Part shown: positions 39,003 to 50,817 of the stretch, in pieces
Layout: every line of letters starts with the position of its first letter
Numbering within the stretch: position 1 is the first letter of the stretch
Source: an uncultured Bacteroidales bacterium
GTDB lineage: Bacteria; Bacteroidota; Bacteroidia; Bacteroidales; UBA4181
NCBI GenBank assembly: GCA_964349835.1
Contig: CAYGID010000004.1
Span: 7,084 to 71,083, forward strand
Reading direction: 5' to 3'
DNA length: 64,000 nucleotides
Notes under the pieces: model-generated
The model's database searches: none
What the model was told of the DNA's origin: nothing
Seen by the model: only the letters and a program-made list of their open reading frames with translations
Translations under genes and position numbers: made by a program

Positions 39003-40277
39003 TTACAGGGCGTCGATAGCCTGTTGTACCTCCTTCAATTTATCCTCCATCTTAAACCGATAGTACAAACTCTTCAGCGTAGTGAGAACCCCCTCGCCAG
39101 CAGGATTGATTTCGCGGCATTTTTCCAGAGGAGCGAGCGCTTTTTGGAAAAAACCATTGGCTTCGGCCAGTTTTGTTTCGAAAGCTGCCGGCTCCTTCTC
39201 GTCATTGGCCTCTTCAACCATTTTTACACCGTGGTTGTAATAAAAGACGGCCACATTGTAAAGGGCATCATAAAAAGTGGGGTCCAGTTCAACGGCTTTC
39301 GTGTAACCTGCAACGGCCTTTTCCACATCGCCCAGTTTATCGTAGAGGGTACCCTCAACAAACGGAAAGAGCTTATTGGTGGGATCCAATGTTTTGGCTG
39401 CCTGAATTTTTTCGATGGCCTCATTCGAATTGTTGGTATCAATAAGGGTCTGGATCAATTGAAGCAGGATATTCTTATCGTCAGGAAATTTCTCATAGCC
39501 GGCACGCAGATAATTGAGACCTTTAATCGTATCCTGCTTCTCCATATGGAGCGTAAAAAGAAATTCATAGACAGCAGGATCGCTTACGTTCAGCGCAACG
39601 GCTTTGTCGAGATACTCGATAGCCTTATCGGGCTGTTTGTTGAGCATGGACATAAAGCCACAATAAAAAACAATGGAGGTATCCGATTCAGCAGGCATAC
39701 CAACGGAGGTGTTAATTGCCAGTATCTTCTCGAAATTCGACAGCGCCTCTCCATACTTCTTCTGACTATACGCATTCATTCCCTCCTGTTCGTAAGAGAT
39801 CTTCAAACTGGTTAGCTCATTTTTTGCCTCCGCCAAATCAGGACTCAATTCCAGCACCTTCTTATAGCTCTCAGCCGATATATCGAGCGGTTTCTCATCA
39901 GCCCACTTGGTTTCATCCCAACCGGTGAGTTGACCACCAGAGTAGAAGAGGGTGATATTGCGATAGATATGCTTCTCATTTCCCTCTTTGTCGGCAAGCG
40001 TTTCGGAAGGATCTGTTTTAAAAAACATCTTAATCTCATCGGGCGAAGCGCCCATGCGCAAATACTTAATGTTTACGTTGTACAGTTCATTATAAGCTCT
40101 TGCTCTCTCGAGCCAGTTCTTGGAATTGGTAGATTTCTTTGCATCTTGCACTGCCGCATTTAACTTAACCAATTTCTTCTCGACAAGAGCATAGCCGGCG
40201 TCGTTCTGGGCATAGAGGACACCGAACCCAAAAAGGGTTACTAGTGCCAGAGAGATAATTTTCTTCATAATATTCAA
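39003..40277 (-). CDS. secreted tetratricopeptide-repeat protein
   Basis: Signal peptide MKKIISLALVTLFGFGVLYAQ followed by multiple TPR-like A..Y...A repeats. It lies 20 nt downstream of gyrA on the same strand. Confidence 0.75.
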   Translation of the reverse strand: MNIMKKIISLALVTLFGFGVLYAQNDAGYALVEKKLVKLNAAVQDAKKSTNSKNWLERARAYNELYNVNIKYLRMGASPDEIKMFFKTDPSETLADKEGNEKHIYRNITLFYSGGQLTGWDETKWADEKPLDISAESYKKVLELSPDLAEAKNELTSLKISYEQEGMNAYSQKKYGEALSNFEKILAINTSVGMPAESDTSIVFYCGFMSMLNKQPDKAIEYLDKAVALNVSDPAVYEFLFTLHMEKQDTIKGLNYLRAGYEKFPDDKNILLQLIQTLIDTNNSNEAIEKIQAAKTLDPTNKLFPFVEGTLYDKLGDVEKAVAGYTKAVELDPTFYDALYNVAVFYYNHGVKMVEEANDEKEPAAFETKLAEANGFFQKALAPLEKCREINPAGEGVLTTLKSLYYRFKMEDKLKEVQQAIDAL

Positions 40278-40297
40278 GTTATGTGGGGTTTGCGGTA

Positions 40298-42964
40298 CTA
40301 GTTCTGAGAATCCTCTTTTTCGTCTTGTTGCTGTTTCATGGCACGATCAAGCAGGTTGGCAATATCTTCGGGAGTGCCCTGCTCCGGCTGAACCTGCGAA
40401 ACAGAAGGTTCGTCGGATAAAGTAACGCCCAATTCGTTTTCCCGATCTGCAACTACCATTTCGTCCTCCTCATCGGAGCCGGGAACCTGGGTCACAGAGG
40501 CAATCGAATCATCGCCGCGAAGATTAATGAGTCTCACACCCTGCGTGGCCCGGCCTGCAACCCGAATACTATCTACATGCATCCGGATGGCAACACCCGA
40601 TTTGTTGATAATCATCAAATCCTCATCGTTGCCTACAGCCTTGATTGCAATAAGGGTGCCGGTTTTTTCGGTAATATTCAAGGTCTTAACGCCCTTTCCG
40701 CCACGATTGGTGACCCGGTAATCCTGCAATGGAGAGCGTTTCCCAAAGCCATTCTCAGAAACCACCAGAATATCTTTATCGGTAGAGTTAATACATATCA
40801 TACCGATTACCTCGTCTCCTTCGGCAGAGACATCATCCTGTCCAACCAACTCGGTATCTATATCTTCATTTTGACCTACATAAATACCACGGACTCCAGA
40901 GGCCGTTCTGCCAACCGGACGTACGGTACCTTCGTTGAAGCGAATGGCTCTGCCTGAGCGTACCGCCAAAAGAATCTCGGAATTACCCGTGGTTAATTTG
41001 GCTTCGAGTAGCATATCATCCTCCTTAACAGTTATGGCGTTGATGCCGTTCACGCGGGGCCTCGAATAGGCTTCGAGCGAAGTCTTTTTGATGGTTCCCT
41101 TTTGTGTGCATAATACAATGTAATGATTATTCACATAATCCTCATCCGACAGAGTCAGCACATTGATATAGGCCTTCACCTTATCGTCGGGTTCCAGGTT
41201 AATCAGGTTCTGAATGGCACGACCCTTAGATGTCTTGTTCCCTTCGGGGATATCGTACACCTTCTGCCAAAAGCACCTGCCCTTCTCCGTGAAGAAGAGG
41301 AGGGTGTTGTGCATCGAAGCATGGAACAGATACTCCAGAAAATCGTCGTCGCGCGTGTTGCTCCCTTTCGAACCTACTCCTCCCCTGCTCTGTGTCTTGA
41401 AATCGGTTAAGGGAGTTCGTTTAATGTAGCCCATATGCGAAATGGTGATGACCATATCGTCGTTGGCATAAAAATCCTCGGGATTGAACTCATCGGCACT
41501 CATAACCACCTGGGTACGACGTTCGTCGCCATACTTCTCCCTCACCGCGAGCAGTTCATCCTTGATGATGTTCATCCGGAGACCTTCATTAACTAAGATC
41601 TGCTGCAGATAAGCAACCAATTTCATCAGCTCCTCAAATTCCGATTTAATCTTATCTCGTTCAAGGCCTGTAAGTTGGCGAAGCCGCATATCTACAATGG
41701 CGCGAGCCTGCAGTTCGGAGAGCTGAAAGCGCACCATCAAGGCTTCGCGTGCCTCGTCGGGGTTGGCCGAAGCCCTGATAATCCGAATCACCTCATCAAT
41801 ATTGTCGACGGCAATCAGTAAACCCTCCAGAATATGGAGCCGTTCCTGTGCCTTCTTCAGATCGAATTCCGAACGACGAACCACAACCTCCTGTCGGTGC
41901 TTAACGTAGTAAAAGATCAGATCTCTAATATTCAGCATCTTAGGCCGTCCTTCGACCAAAGCAATATTGTTTACATTAAAGGCCGACTGCAGAGCTGTAT
42001 ACTTGAACAGGTTATTCAAAACTACGTTGGCAGAGGAATCCTTCTTCAGCTTGATGACAATCCGCATCCCTTCGCGGTCGCTCTCGTCGTTTACAAAAGA
42101 GATTCCCTCGAGCCTTTTCTCATTGACCAAATCGGCAATCTTTTTGATAAGATCGGCCTTATTAACCTGATAGGGAATTTCGGAAACCACAATAATCTCC
42201 CTGCCACTACTCTGTACCTCAATTTCGGTTTTTGCACGCACCACAATCCGGCCGCGACCAGTCTCGAAGGCCTCTCTTACACCCTGATATCCCTGAATAA
42301 TTCCCCCGGTGGGAAAATCGGGAGCCACCATAAGAACAGCGAGCTTATCGATTCCCACTTCGGGATTGTCGATATAGGCAACAATAGCATCGATGGCATT
42401 GCGAAGGTTATGCGGCGCCATATTTGTGGCCATTCCCACTGCAATACCCGAAGCACCATTTACAATAAGATTGGGAATTCCGGAGGGCATAACCAGAGGC
42501 TCCTGCAGAGAGTCATCGAAGTTAGGGCCAAAATCCACGGTATTTTTATCCAGATCGGCCAGCATCTCTTCGGTAATCTTCTGCATCCTGGCCTCGGTAT
42601 AACGCATTGCGGCAGGTGAATCTCCATCGACAGAGCCAAAGTTACCCTGTCCTTCTACCAAAGCATAACGGAGCGACCAGGGTTGTGCCATACGAACCAT
42701 CGCATCGTAAACCGATGAATCGCCATGAGGATGATACTTACCCAAAACCTCTCCCACAATACGGGCCGATTTCTTATAAGGTTTCCCGGCCACATTGCCC
42801 AACTCCGACATTCCGAACAGGACCCTGCGGTGAACCGGTTTCAGACCATCTCGAACATCGGGTAGCGCTCTGGATACAATGACCGACATCGAATAGTCGA
42901 TGTAGGCCGATTTCATCTGCTCCTCAATGTTGATGGTCAGAATTCTTTCGCCTTCAGCTTGCAT
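40298..42964 (-). CDS. gyrA: DNA gyrase subunit A
   Basis: [24 protein letters not shown], active-site AAMRYTE, QRDR-like [11 protein letters not shown]-terminal beta-pinwheel repeats and an acidic tail. Confidence 0.98.
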   Translation of the reverse strand: MQAEGERILTINIEEQMKSAYIDYSMSVIVSRALPDVRDGLKPVHRRVLFGMSELGNVAGKPYKKSARIVGEVLGKYHPHGDSSVYDAMVRMAQPWSLRYALVEGQGNFGSVDGDSPAAMRYTEARMQKITEEMLADLDKNTVDFGPNFDDSLQEPLVMPSGIPNLIVNGASGIAVGMATNMAPHNLRNAIDAIVAYIDNPEVGIDKLAVLMVAPDFPTGGIIQGYQGVREAFETGRGRIVVRAKTEIEVQSSGREIIVVSEIPYQVNKADLIKKIADLVNEKRLEGISFVNDESDREGMRIVIKLKKDSSANVVLNNLFKYTALQSAFNVNNIALVEGRPKMLNIRDLIFYYVKHRQEVVVRRSEFDLKKAQERLHILEGLLIAVDNIDEVIRIIRASANPDEAREALMVRFQLSELQARAIVDMRLRQLTGLERDKIKSEFEELMKLVAYLQQILVNEGLRMNIIKDELLAVREKYGDERRTQVVMSADEFNPEDFYANDDMVITISHMGYIKRTPLTDFKTQSRGGVGSKGSNTRDDDFLEYLFHASMHNTLLFFTEKGRCFWQKVYDIPEGNKTSKGRAIQNLINLEPDDKVKAYINVLTLSDEDYVNNHYIVLCTQKGTIKKTSLEAYSRPRVNGINAITVKEDDMLLEAKLTTGNSEILLAVRSGRAIRFNEGTVRPVGRTASGVRGIYVGQNEDIDTELVGQDDVSAEGDEVIGMICINSTDKDILVVSENGFGKRSPLQDYRVTNRGGKGVKTLNITEKTGTLIAIKAVGNDEDLMIINKSGVAIRMHVDSIRVAGRATQGVRLINLRGDDSIASVTQVPGSDEEDEMVVADRENELGVTLSDEPSVSQVQPEQGTPEDIANLLDRAMKQQQDEKEDSQN

Positions 42965-43115
42965 AATAAGTTGTTAGAATTTCTACTAATGGTAACGCTA
43001 ATTAAACTTGTAAATTTAACTGTTTTTCTTGAATTGAAGCAATCCTGCCACCTGATTTTCCCCTTTCAAAGAGGCATTGGCCAAAGCTCGGGAGAACAAG
43101 CAAGAGGAATAATTT

Positions 43116-43123
43116 TATCTTTG
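43116..43123 (+). promoter_or_regulatory. -7 box (TATCTTTG) for yicC-gmk
   Basis: TAnnTTTG match 51 nt upstream of the ATG at 43174. Confidence 0.35.
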
Positions 43124-43173
43124 CAACAAAGCTATTCTGCTCGGTTGGCAGATAGGTAATAGATGAAGACCCT

Positions 43174-44049
43174 ATGATTAAATCAATGACAGGCTTCGGC
43201 AAGGTGGAGGTGGATGCTCCTGAACGAAAAATCCATATAGAAATCAAATCGCTCAACAGCAAACAGGCCGACGTTAACCTCCGACTGCCCGGTTTATACA
43301 GAGAGCTGGAACCTGAAATTCGTACGCTTCTGTCGAAACGGCTCATCAGGGGAAAAATAGAATTTTCGGCAAATTACGAGGAGTTGTCGGCAACCCAACC
43401 TGAGGTGTTTAACAGAGCCTTAATCAAAGAGTATTATGCCGAGGTAACAGGGTTGGCAAAGGAGTTGAATCTTGAGGTTCCCTCCGACATCCTGAACACC
43501 CTGCTCCGAATGCCCGATGTGATGAAAAACGAGCAAAAGGAGGTGTCCAACCAGGAGAAAATCGCCTTCATGAGGGGAGTCAACGAGGCGCTCAACGCCA
43601 TGGACGCTTTCAGAGAGCAGGAGGGCAAGGCGTTATTAGCCGATATATTACTCCGGACAGGCTTTATCGAAAAGGCGCTCGAGGCCGTACAACCCTACGA
43701 AGTTGCTCGCATTGAGTATATCCGGCAGAGAATTCGCCAAAACCTATTGGAGGTCATCGAAGAGGCACATCTCGACACCAACCGGCTGGAGCAGGAGTTG
43801 ATCTATTATCTCGAGAAAATCGACATCACCGAAGAGAAGGTACGCCTGAGAAACCACTGCAACTATTTCCGCGAAACGCTAAACGAAAGCGAGGCCGTGG
43901 GCAGGAAACTGGGGTTCATTACTCAGGAGATGGGTCGTGAAATCAACACGTTGGGTTCGAAAGCAAATGACACCCGAATCCAACAGATTGTGGTGGGAAT
44001 GAAAGACGAGCTGGAAAAGATTAAAGAGCAGATTCTGAACATTTTATAA
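43174..44049 (+). CDS. yicC: YicC-family stress-induced protein
   Basis: MIKSMTGFG N-terminus and the C-terminal GRKLGFITQEMGREINTLGSKAND motif. Confidence 0.9.
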   Translation: MIKSMTGFGKVEVDAPERKIHIEIKSLNSKQADVNLRLPGLYRELEPEIRTLLSKRLIRGKIEFSANYEELSATQPEVFNRALIKEYYAEVTGLAKELNLEVPSDILNTLLRMPDVMKNEQKEVSNQEKIAFMRGVNEALNAMDAFREQEGKALLADILLRTGFIEKALEAVQPYEVARIEYIRQRIRQNLLEVIEEAHLDTNRLEQELIYYLEKIDITEEKVRLRNHCNYFRETLNESEAVGRKLGFITQEMGREINTLGSKANDTRIQQIVVGMKDELEKIKEQILNIL

Positions 44050-44057
44050 AAACCGAC

Positions 44058-44627
44058 ATGGACAACGGAAAGGTCATTATTTTCTCGGCCCCCTCCGGAT
44101 CGGGGAAAACAACCATCATTAAAAGGCTCCTGGCAGCAGGACTACCCCTCTCCTTCTCGGTTTCGGCCTGTACCCGAAAACCACGGAGTGGCGAGGTAAA
44201 CGGGAGAGACTACTACTTTTTGTCGGAGGCAGAATTCAGGCAAAAAATTGAGAGTGGCTCTTTTTTGGAGTGGGAGGAGGTCTACGAAGGAAATCTTTAT
44301 GGCACGCTCTCTTCGGAACCCGAAAGAATCTGGGCAAACCAAAAGCATGTGCTTTTTGATGTGGATGTGAAAGGAGGCTTAAAATTGAAAAAACTATTGG
44401 GCGATAAGGCCCTGGCTATCTTTATCATGCCCCCATCGATTCATGAATTAAAGAAGCGACTGGAGGTTCGTTCAACCGATTCGCCCGAAGTGATTACCAC
44501 ACGGGTCGAAAAAGCAGCCTACGAAATGGGCTTTGCTCCGCAATTCGACACGGTAGTGATTAACGACAACCTCGATATAGCTACCGGCGAGGCTTTCGAC
44601 AAAGTGTTGAATTTCCTTCGCGAATAG
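44058..44627 (+). CDS. gmk: guanylate kinase
   Basis: P-loop SAPSGSGKTT and the YYFLS...FLEWEEVYGNLYGT motif. Confidence 0.95.
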   Translation: MDNGKVIIFSAPSGSGKTTIIKRLLAAGLPLSFSVSACTRKPRSGEVNGRDYYFLSEAEFRQKIESGSFLEWEEVYEGNLYGTLSSEPERIWANQKHVLFDVDVKGGLKLKKLLGDKALAIFIMPPSIHELKKRLEVRSTDSPEVITTRVEKAAYEMGFAPQFDTVVINDNLDIATGEAFDKVLNFLRE

Positions 44628-44648
44628 CCCCGCCGACAGACGACTTGA

Positions 44649-45848
44649 TTACAAATCGCAAGCTAATTGGGTGAGCAAAAGATCTTCGACCGTTTCGCGC
44701 CTGCGAATCAGATACTCTTTCCCTTTATAGAGCAGCACCTCTGCGGGGCGCACTCTTGAGTTGTAGTTCGATGACATGGAAAAACAGTAAGCCCCCGCAT
44801 TTAAGAAAACGAGACAATCACCTTCGCGTACCTCCGGCAATGGGCGATCCCATGCAAAGGTATCGGTTTCGCAAATGTACCCCACAACCGAATAGTTCTG
44901 CTTGGGTCCATCGGGATTCGATACATTGAGAATGTGGTGATAGGCGTCGTAAAACATGGGCCTGATAAGGTGGTTCAAACCACTGTTAACAGCAGCAAAA
45001 GTGGTCACAGGGGTCTGCTTCACTGCATTCACCTGCACGCAAAAGAAACCCGCCTCGCTAACCAAAAATTTTCCGGGCTCAAAAATTAAATCGAGTGGCT
45101 TGCCGTAGCGGGCACAAAAAGCGTTGAAATCGGCCGAGATAACGGCTCCCAACTTTTCGATATCGGTTGCATAGTCGCCCGGCTTATAGGCCACCTTAAA
45201 CCCGCTTCCAAAATCGAGAAATTCCAACTCCTTAAAGCGCATTGCTACCGAAAAGAGGGCATCTGCGCTCTTTCGGAAGACCTCCGGGTCGAGAATATCG
45301 GAGCCTGTATGCATGTGAAGTCCAATCACTTTTATGCCAAAGCCTTCGGTAGCGGTTACCAGCTGATCGAGAAAGTCGACCGAAATGCCGAATTTCGAGC
45401 CTTTGTGGCCCGTCGAGATTTTAATGTGGCCGCCACCCATCACATGAGGGTTAATCCGGATGCAAGCCGGAACCGAATTACCGAACCTTTTGCCAAACTT
45501 TTCGATAACCGAAAAATTATCGAGGGTTACTCTAACCCCCAGGCCCACAACCTCCTCAATTTCGGAAAACTCCACACCGCTCGGGGTAAAGAGAATCTTA
45601 CCCGGGTCGAACCCGGCGGCAAGCCCCATCTTAACCTCACCCAGAGAAACGGCATCGAGACCCGCACCCAGGCGGTTAAACAACTTGAGAATGTTAATGT
45701 TTGTAAGAGCCTTACAGGCAAAATTGAGCCTGAGGCCCGGCACGGCAAAGGCCGATATTAAGCGGTTGTACTGCTCTTCCATCTTTTCGCCATGGTACAC
45801 ATAGAGCGGACTTCCGTATTTCTGAGTAAGATCGGTAAAAGGGAGCAT
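44649..45848 (-). CDS. lysA: diaminopimelate decarboxylase
   Basis: Fold-III PLP decarboxylase. Motifs YGSPLYVY, FACKA (PLP lysine), HMHTGS and ICETDTF. Confidence 0.92.
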   Translation of the reverse strand: MLPFTDLTQKYGSPLYVYHGEKMEEQYNRLISAFAVPGLRLNFACKALTNINILKLFNRLGAGLDAVSLGEVKMGLAAGFDPGKILFTPSGVEFSEIEEVVGLGVRVTLDNFSVIEKFGKRFGNSVPACIRINPHVMGGGHIKISTGHKGSKFGISVDFLDQLVTATEGFGIKVIGLHMHTGSDILDPEVFRKSADALFSVAMRFKELEFLDFGSGFKVAYKPGDYATDIEKLGAVISADFNAFCARYGKPLDLIFEPGKFLVSEAGFFCVQVNAVKQTPVTTFAAVNSGLNHLIRPMFYDAYHHILNVSNPDGPKQNYSVVGYICETDTFAWDRPLPEVREGDCLVFLNAGAYCFSMSSNYNSRVRPAEVLLYKGKEYLIRRRETVEDLLLTQLACDL

Positions 45849-45855
45849 AGAAATA

Positions 45856-48477
45856 TTATTGCAATTGGTTCTTTACATTTTCAATAGCGGGCATGAGCCC
45901 TTCGGTAACTTTTCCTCCGGCGGTGGCAAAAAAGGGCTGCCCTCCACCCCCGCCGTTCATAATCTTTGCCGCCTCCCTGATGATTTGCGAGGCACTCTTT
46001 CCTTCGGCAACCAAGGCATCGGAAAGCATCACTGCCAGTTCGGGTTTCCCGTTGAACACCCTGCCGGCAACAAATGCCAGTTTCCCCTTCTCGGCCCTGA
46101 GCATAAAGGCAATATTCTTCACCAGTTCGGGCGTTGCCTGATCCGACTTCCACTCCAGAAGCCTTATGCCGTTTGGCAACAAAACAGCACCTTCGAGTAA
46201 ACTTTTCTTCAACGATTCGGCCTGGATCTGCATAAAGGAATCGGCCTGCTGCTTCATCTCCTGGTTGTCGGCCATCATCTTTTGAACCGCCGATAATACA
46301 TTGGGCGACCCCGGGAAGAGCGAACGAATCTCCTTCAACAGGTCGGCACTTTGGGCTATCAACAGCTCGGCACCCTCGCCGGTGCAGGCTTCTATGCGCC
46401 GAATTCCGGCAGCAACAGCCGATTCGGAGGCAATCTTAAAATAGCCTATTTCGCCGGTTGCCGACACATGGGTTCCCCCACACAACTCCACCGAGTTGTC
46501 GAAACGAATTAACCGAACCTTGTCGCCATACTTTTCGCCGAACAGGGCCATAGCCCCCAAGTCGCGGGCCTCCACCATAGAAATTTCACGCCGCTCGTCA
46601 AGAGGCGAGTTATCTCGAATATAGCCATTTACCAATGCTTCGGCAGCCTGCAGCTCGGTTTCGGTCAGCTTCTGAAAATGCGAAAAATCGAAACGGAGGT
46701 AATCGGCCGAAACAAAAGAACCTTTTTGCTCCACATGTGCACCGAGCACCACACGAAGGGCCCTTTGCAGCAGATGCGTTGCAGAGTGATTAGCCTGAAT
46801 CTGTTTCCGGTGCCGGGCATCTACCTCGGCCATAAAGGGGAGATCAAGCCGGTTGGGCAGCGACTCAACTAGATGTATATGCAAATTATTCTCCTTTTTG
46901 GTATCGATTACAGGGCATTCGAATCCTTCGCCCCGAACTACCCCTTTATCGCCCATCTGACCACCGCTTTCGGCGTAAAAAGGGGTCTTATCGAAAACCA
47001 ACTGATAGAGCTGTTTCCCTTTGGTTTTCACCATCCGGTAGCGTGAAAGCCGGGCTTCGCACCTAAGGGTATCGTATCCCACAAAGAGCGGCTCCTCACA
47101 AGCCGATAACTCAATCCAGTCGCCTGTATCGACGCTGGCATCGGCACGCGAACGTTGCTTTTGCGCCTCCAGATGGAGCGCATACTCCTTTTGATTATAG
47201 GTAAGATGGTTTTCGCGAAGAATCAATTCGGTGAGATCGAGAGGAAAACCAAAGGTGTCGTAGAGTTCAAAAACCACCGCACCGTCTACTTCGGTTTTGT
47301 TCTCGGTACGGCACTTACCTACAATCGTATCAATAAGTCTGAGCCCGGTTTCGAGCGTATGCAGAAAAGAGTTCTCCTCCTCCTTAATCACTTTGGAAAT
47401 CAGATCCTTCTGAGCTATCAATTCGGGATAAGCATCGCCCATCACCTCAATTAAGGTAGGAACCAGTGCATAGATAAAGGGCTCCTTCTGCCCAAGGAAG
47501 GTGTAGCCGTAGCGAACTGCCCGGCGAAGAAGGCGGCGGATTACATATCCCGCCTTGTTGTTCGAAGGAATCTGACCATCGGCAATCGAGAAGGCAATGG
47601 CACGCAGATGATCGGCCACCACACGCATAGCCACATCGGTTACCTCGTTTTCGCCATATTTCTTACCCACCAGCAGACCAATTGCCCCAATGATGTCGGC
47701 AAAAAGATCGATATCGTAATTGGAGGTTTTTTTCTGAATCACGCGACAAAGACGTTCAAACCCCATTCCGGTATCCACATGGCAAGCAGGAAGACGCTCC
47801 AACTGCCCCGAAGCCTTACGGTTAAACTGCATGAAAACCAGATTCCAAATTTCAATCACCTGAGGATCACTCTGATTAACAAGGCTGCAACCGGGAACTG
47901 CCAAACAATCGGCCTCCGAACGCGAATCGTAATGAATTTCAGAACAGGGACCACAGGGGCCGGTATCGCCCATCTCCCAGAAATTATCTTTTTTGTTTCC
48001 CAACAGAATACGCGACTCAGGCAGATGCTTTTTCCAGAAACCAAAGGCCTCCCGATCCATCTCGAGGCCATCTTCGGCACTGCCCTCAAATACAGTTACA
48101 TAGAGACGATCCCTGTTTATCTTTAACACTTCGGTAAGATACTCCCATGCCCAGTCGATAGCCTCCTCCTTAAAATAGTCGCCAAACGACCAGTTACCCA
48201 ACATCTCAAACATGGTATGATGATAGGTATCGTGCCCAACCTCCTCAAGGTCGTTATGTTTTCCACTTACACGCAAACATTTCTGACTATCGGCCACGCG
48301 AAGCGATTTGGGGGGCGTATTGCCCAAAAAAATCTCTTTAAAGGGGTTCATCCCGGCATTGGTGAACATGAGGGTGGGATCGTTCTTAACCACCATAGGA
48401 GCTGATGGAACAATTTGGTGTTGTTTCGAAGCAAAGAAGTCTAAGAAGGATAATCGAATCTCTTTTGTGGTCATCAT
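45856..48477 (-). CDS. alaS: alanine--tRNA ligase
   Basis: Class II core ([37 protein letters not shown]), editing domain HSATHLL...CGGTH, and a C-terminal DHHA1-like domain. Confidence 0.98.
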   Translation of the reverse strand: MMTTKEIRLSFLDFFASKQHQIVPSAPMVVKNDPTLMFTNAGMNPFKEIFLGNTPPKSLRVADSQKCLRVSGKHNDLEEVGHDTYHHTMFEMLGNWSFGDYFKEEAIDWAWEYLTEVLKINRDRLYVTVFEGSAEDGLEMDREAFGFWKKHLPESRILLGNKKDNFWEMGDTGPCGPCSEIHYDSRSEADCLAVPGCSLVNQSDPQVIEIWNLVFMQFNRKASGQLERLPACHVDTGMGFERLCRVIQKKTSNYDIDLFADIIGAIGLLVGKKYGENEVTDVAMRVVADHLRAIAFSIADGQIPSNNKAGYVIRRLLRRAVRYGYTFLGQKEPFIYALVPTLIEVMGDAYPELIAQKDLISKVIKEEENSFLHTLETGLRLIDTIVGKCRTENKTEVDGAVVFELYDTFGFPLDLTELILRENHLTYNQKEYALHLEAQKQRSRADASVDTGDWIELSACEEPLFVGYDTLRCEARLSRYRMVKTKGKQLYQLVFDKTPFYAESGGQMGDKGVVRGEGFECPVIDTKKENNLHIHLVESLPNRLDLPFMAEVDARHRKQIQANHSATHLLQRALRVVLGAHVEQKGSFVSADYLRFDFSHFQKLTETELQAAEALVNGYIRDNSPLDERREISMVEARDLGAMALFGEKYGDKVRLIRFDNSVELCGGTHVSATGEIGYFKIASESAVAAGIRRIEACTGEGAELLIAQSADLLKEIRSLFPGSPNVLSAVQKMMADNQEMKQQADSFMQIQAESLKKSLLEGAVLLPNGIRLLEWKSDQATPELVKNIAFMLRAEKGKLAFVAGRVFNGKPELAVMLSDALVAEGKSASQIIREAAKIMNGGGGGQPFFATAGGKVTEGLMPAIENVKNQLQ

Positions 48478-48537
48478 GCCGCAGATAATCTGAATACTAA
48501 TCCGTTAAAAAAAACTAATAATACTTTTTGAATTTGG

Positions 48538-48545
48538 CAAAAGTA
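48538..48545 (-). promoter_or_regulatory. -7 box (TACTTTTG) for alaS-lysA
   Basis: TAnnTTTG match on the minus strand, 61 nt upstream of the ATG at 48477. Confidence 0.35.
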
Positions 48546-48556
48546 ATTAATTGATT

Positions 48557-48564
48557 TAATTTTG
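48557..48564 (+). promoter_or_regulatory. -7 box (TAATTTTG) for the M23 peptidase gene
   Basis: TAnnTTTG match 49 nt upstream of the ATG at 48613. Confidence 0.35.
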
Positions 48565-48612
48565 GCGACATTCGTTACGCATTAATCGCCCATATCACCC
48601 CAATTCTGCAAT

Positions 48613-49581
48613 ATGTTAAAGCCCACTTATAGGTTTAATCCCGAGTCGCTGAAGTTCGAAAAGATAACTATCAGTATCAAAGGATTGATTGTAAAGGCCT
48701 TTACCTTTTTTACTGCCAGCATCGTTGTGGCCATCGGCTATTACGTGCTTTTTGCCCGATTTTTCGAGTCGCCCCGAGAGATAGTCCTCCGAAGAGAAAA
48801 CGAACAACTCGTTTTGCAGTATGAGGTAATGGAACGAAAACTAAGCCAGATTGAACTTGTAATCAACGACCTGCAAGACCGCGACGACAACCTCTACCGT
48901 GTAATCTTCGAATCGGAACCCATTCCCTCTACTATTCGGAAAGCCGGAACCGGTGGAATGAACCGACTCAGTAACTTCTCGAGCCTGAGCAACGAGAAAC
49001 TGGTTGTAGAAACCGCCACTAAGATCAATACACTGCAAAAGCAGCTCTATATTCAGTCGAAATCGTACGATGAGCTCATAAACCTGGCAAACAACAAGTC
49101 GGCCATGATATCGGCCATCCCCTCTATCCAGCCGGTGGCCAACAAAGACCTGAAAAGGGCAGCTACCGGTTACGGAATGCGAATCGATCCCATTTACAAG
49201 GTTCCCCGCATGCATGAAGGGATGGACTTCTCGGTTCCGGTAGGCACCGATGTCTATGCCACGGGCGACGGAGTAGTGGTAGACCGGGGTCGCGACGGCG
49301 AATACGGGAATGCCATCGTGGTTGACCACGGATTTGGATATACCACCCGGTACGCACACCTCTCGGCATTTAACGTTGTGAAGGGGCAAAAGGTGAAAAG
49401 AGGCGAAATCATTGGCAAGGCCGGAAATACCGGAAAATCGACCGGCCCCCACCTGCACTACGAGGTGCGGAAAAACAACCGCGCCCTGAATCCGGTAAAC
49501 TTCTACTTTAACGACCTGACTGCCGACGAGTACGCACAACTTGTGAATATCTCAGACAATGCCGGTCAGGCCTTCGACTAA
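48613..49581 (+). CDS. M23-family peptidoglycan metalloendopeptidase
   Basis: N-terminal TM helix, coiled-coil region, and LytM motifs HEGMDF...GNAIVVDHG...GNTGKSTGPHLHYEV. Confidence 0.9.
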   Translation: MLKPTYRFNPESLKFEKITISIKGLIVKAFTFFTASIVVAIGYYVLFARFFESPREIVLRRENEQLVLQYEVMERKLSQIELVINDLQDRDDNLYRVIFESEPIPSTIRKAGTGGMNRLSNFSSLSNEKLVVETATKINTLQKQLYIQSKSYDELINLANNKSAMISAIPSIQPVANKDLKRAATGYGMRIDPIYKVPRMHEGMDFSVPVGTDVYATGDGVVVDRGRDGEYGNAIVVDHGFGYTTRYAHLSAFNVVKGQKVKRGEIIGKAGNTGKSTGPHLHYEVRKNNRALNPVNFYFNDLTADEYAQLVNISDNAGQAFD

Positions 49582-49594
49582 ATGCTATTACACT

Positions 49595-49933
49595 ATGCCT
49601 TATAAAGAAAAGCGGGTAGAAAAGTTATTCTATTCCATTGGAGAGGTTGCCCAAATGTTCGATGTAAACACCTCTCTTATACGTTATTGGGAACAACAAT
49701 TCGATGTAATTAAACCCGGAAAAAACAAAAAGGGGAACCGATTATTTACACAGGCCGACATCAATAATTTTCACTTGATTTACCATTACGTAAAAGAGAG
49801 AGGCATGACGCTGAAAGGCGCAAAGCAAAAACTGGCCGAAAACTGTGCTTATGCAGTGCAAAATTTCGAAATAGTAAAACGACTCCAAGAGATTCGTTCA
49901 GTAGTTCTCTCCCTTCGCGAACACCTCGAATAA
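49595..49933 (+). CDS. MerR-family transcriptional regulator
   Basis: MerR-type HTH YSIGEVAQMFDVNTSLIRYWEQQF. I set the start at ATG 49595, which avoids overlap with the M23 gene. Confidence 0.85.
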   Translation: MPYKEKRVEKLFYSIGEVAQMFDVNTSLIRYWEQQFDVIKPGKNKKGNRLFTQADINNFHLIYHYVKERGMTLKGAKQKLAENCAYAVQNFEIVKRLQEIRSVVLSLREHLE

Positions 49934-49943
49934 ACCATCCGAC

Positions 49944-50816
49944 ATGCCCCTTCTGAGTGAAATTGCAGACTGTTTTGAAGCCTTGGCGCCCCTTGCTCTT
50001 CAGGAGCCCTACGACAATAGCGGGCTGCAGATTGGCAACCCCGCCCTTCAGGTAGAATCGGCTCTGGTAGCCCTCGATCTGAACGAACAGGTGGTCGACG
50101 AAGCTTTGGCCTTAGGAGCCAATCTGATTATTTCGCACCACCCTCTCATTTTCAAGGGACTCAAACGCCTCACCCAGGCAACAATGGTAGAGCGAATTGT
50201 GCATCGATGCATTTTGCACAACATTGCTCTCTATGCCTGCCACACCAACCTCGACGCCGCCTCGGGTGGCGTGAGCTACCGACTCGCTCAAAAACTTGGC
50301 ATCGAAAACGGAGCCATTCTTGAACCCCGATCGGGTCTGCTTACCGATGAGGTAGTCAAAGCGTTACGCGACAGTCACCCTTACGAAGAGCAGGCATTCA
50401 ACCTGTTTCAGATGCAGAACAAAACCCGCGATACCGGATTCGGTTGGGTAGGGCTTCTGCCAGAATCCTGCTCGCCCGAAGAGTTTCTGTTGCAGGTAAA
50501 AAAAATATTGGGCACAGGAGCCCTCCGATATTCGACTCTACCTGCGCGCGCCATCCATAAAGTGGCCGTTTGCGGCGGCTCGGGAGCCGAACTGCTTTCG
50601 GCAGCCCTGGCTGCCGGAGCTGATGCCTATATTACAGCCGATGTGAAGTACCACACCTTTCAGGAGGCCGAAGGGAGGCTGTTGCTGATTGATGCGGGCC
50701 ACTACGAAACAGAACAGTTTACAAAAGAGCTCTTTTATGATGTTCTAACCAAAAAATTCAATAATTTTGCGGTTCACATTTCTAAGGTCAAAACCAATCC
50801 GATAAATTATCTCTAG
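49944..50816 (+). CDS. Nif3-like dinuclear metal-centre protein
   Basis: DNSGLQIGN, ISHHPLIFKG, ACHTNLD and IDAGHYETE motifs. Confidence 0.85.
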   Translation: MPLLSEIADCFEALAPLALQEPYDNSGLQIGNPALQVESALVALDLNEQVVDEALALGANLIISHHPLIFKGLKRLTQATMVERIVHRCILHNIALYACHTNLDAASGGVSYRLAQKLGIENGAILEPRSGLLTDEVVKALRDSHPYEEQAFNLFQMQNKTRDTGFGWVGLLPESCSPEEFLLQVKKILGTGALRYSTLPARAIHKVAVCGGSGAELLSAALAAGADAYITADVKYHTFQEAEGRLLLIDAGHYETEQFTKELFYDVLTKKFNNFAVHISKVKTNPINYL

Positions 50817-50817
50817 C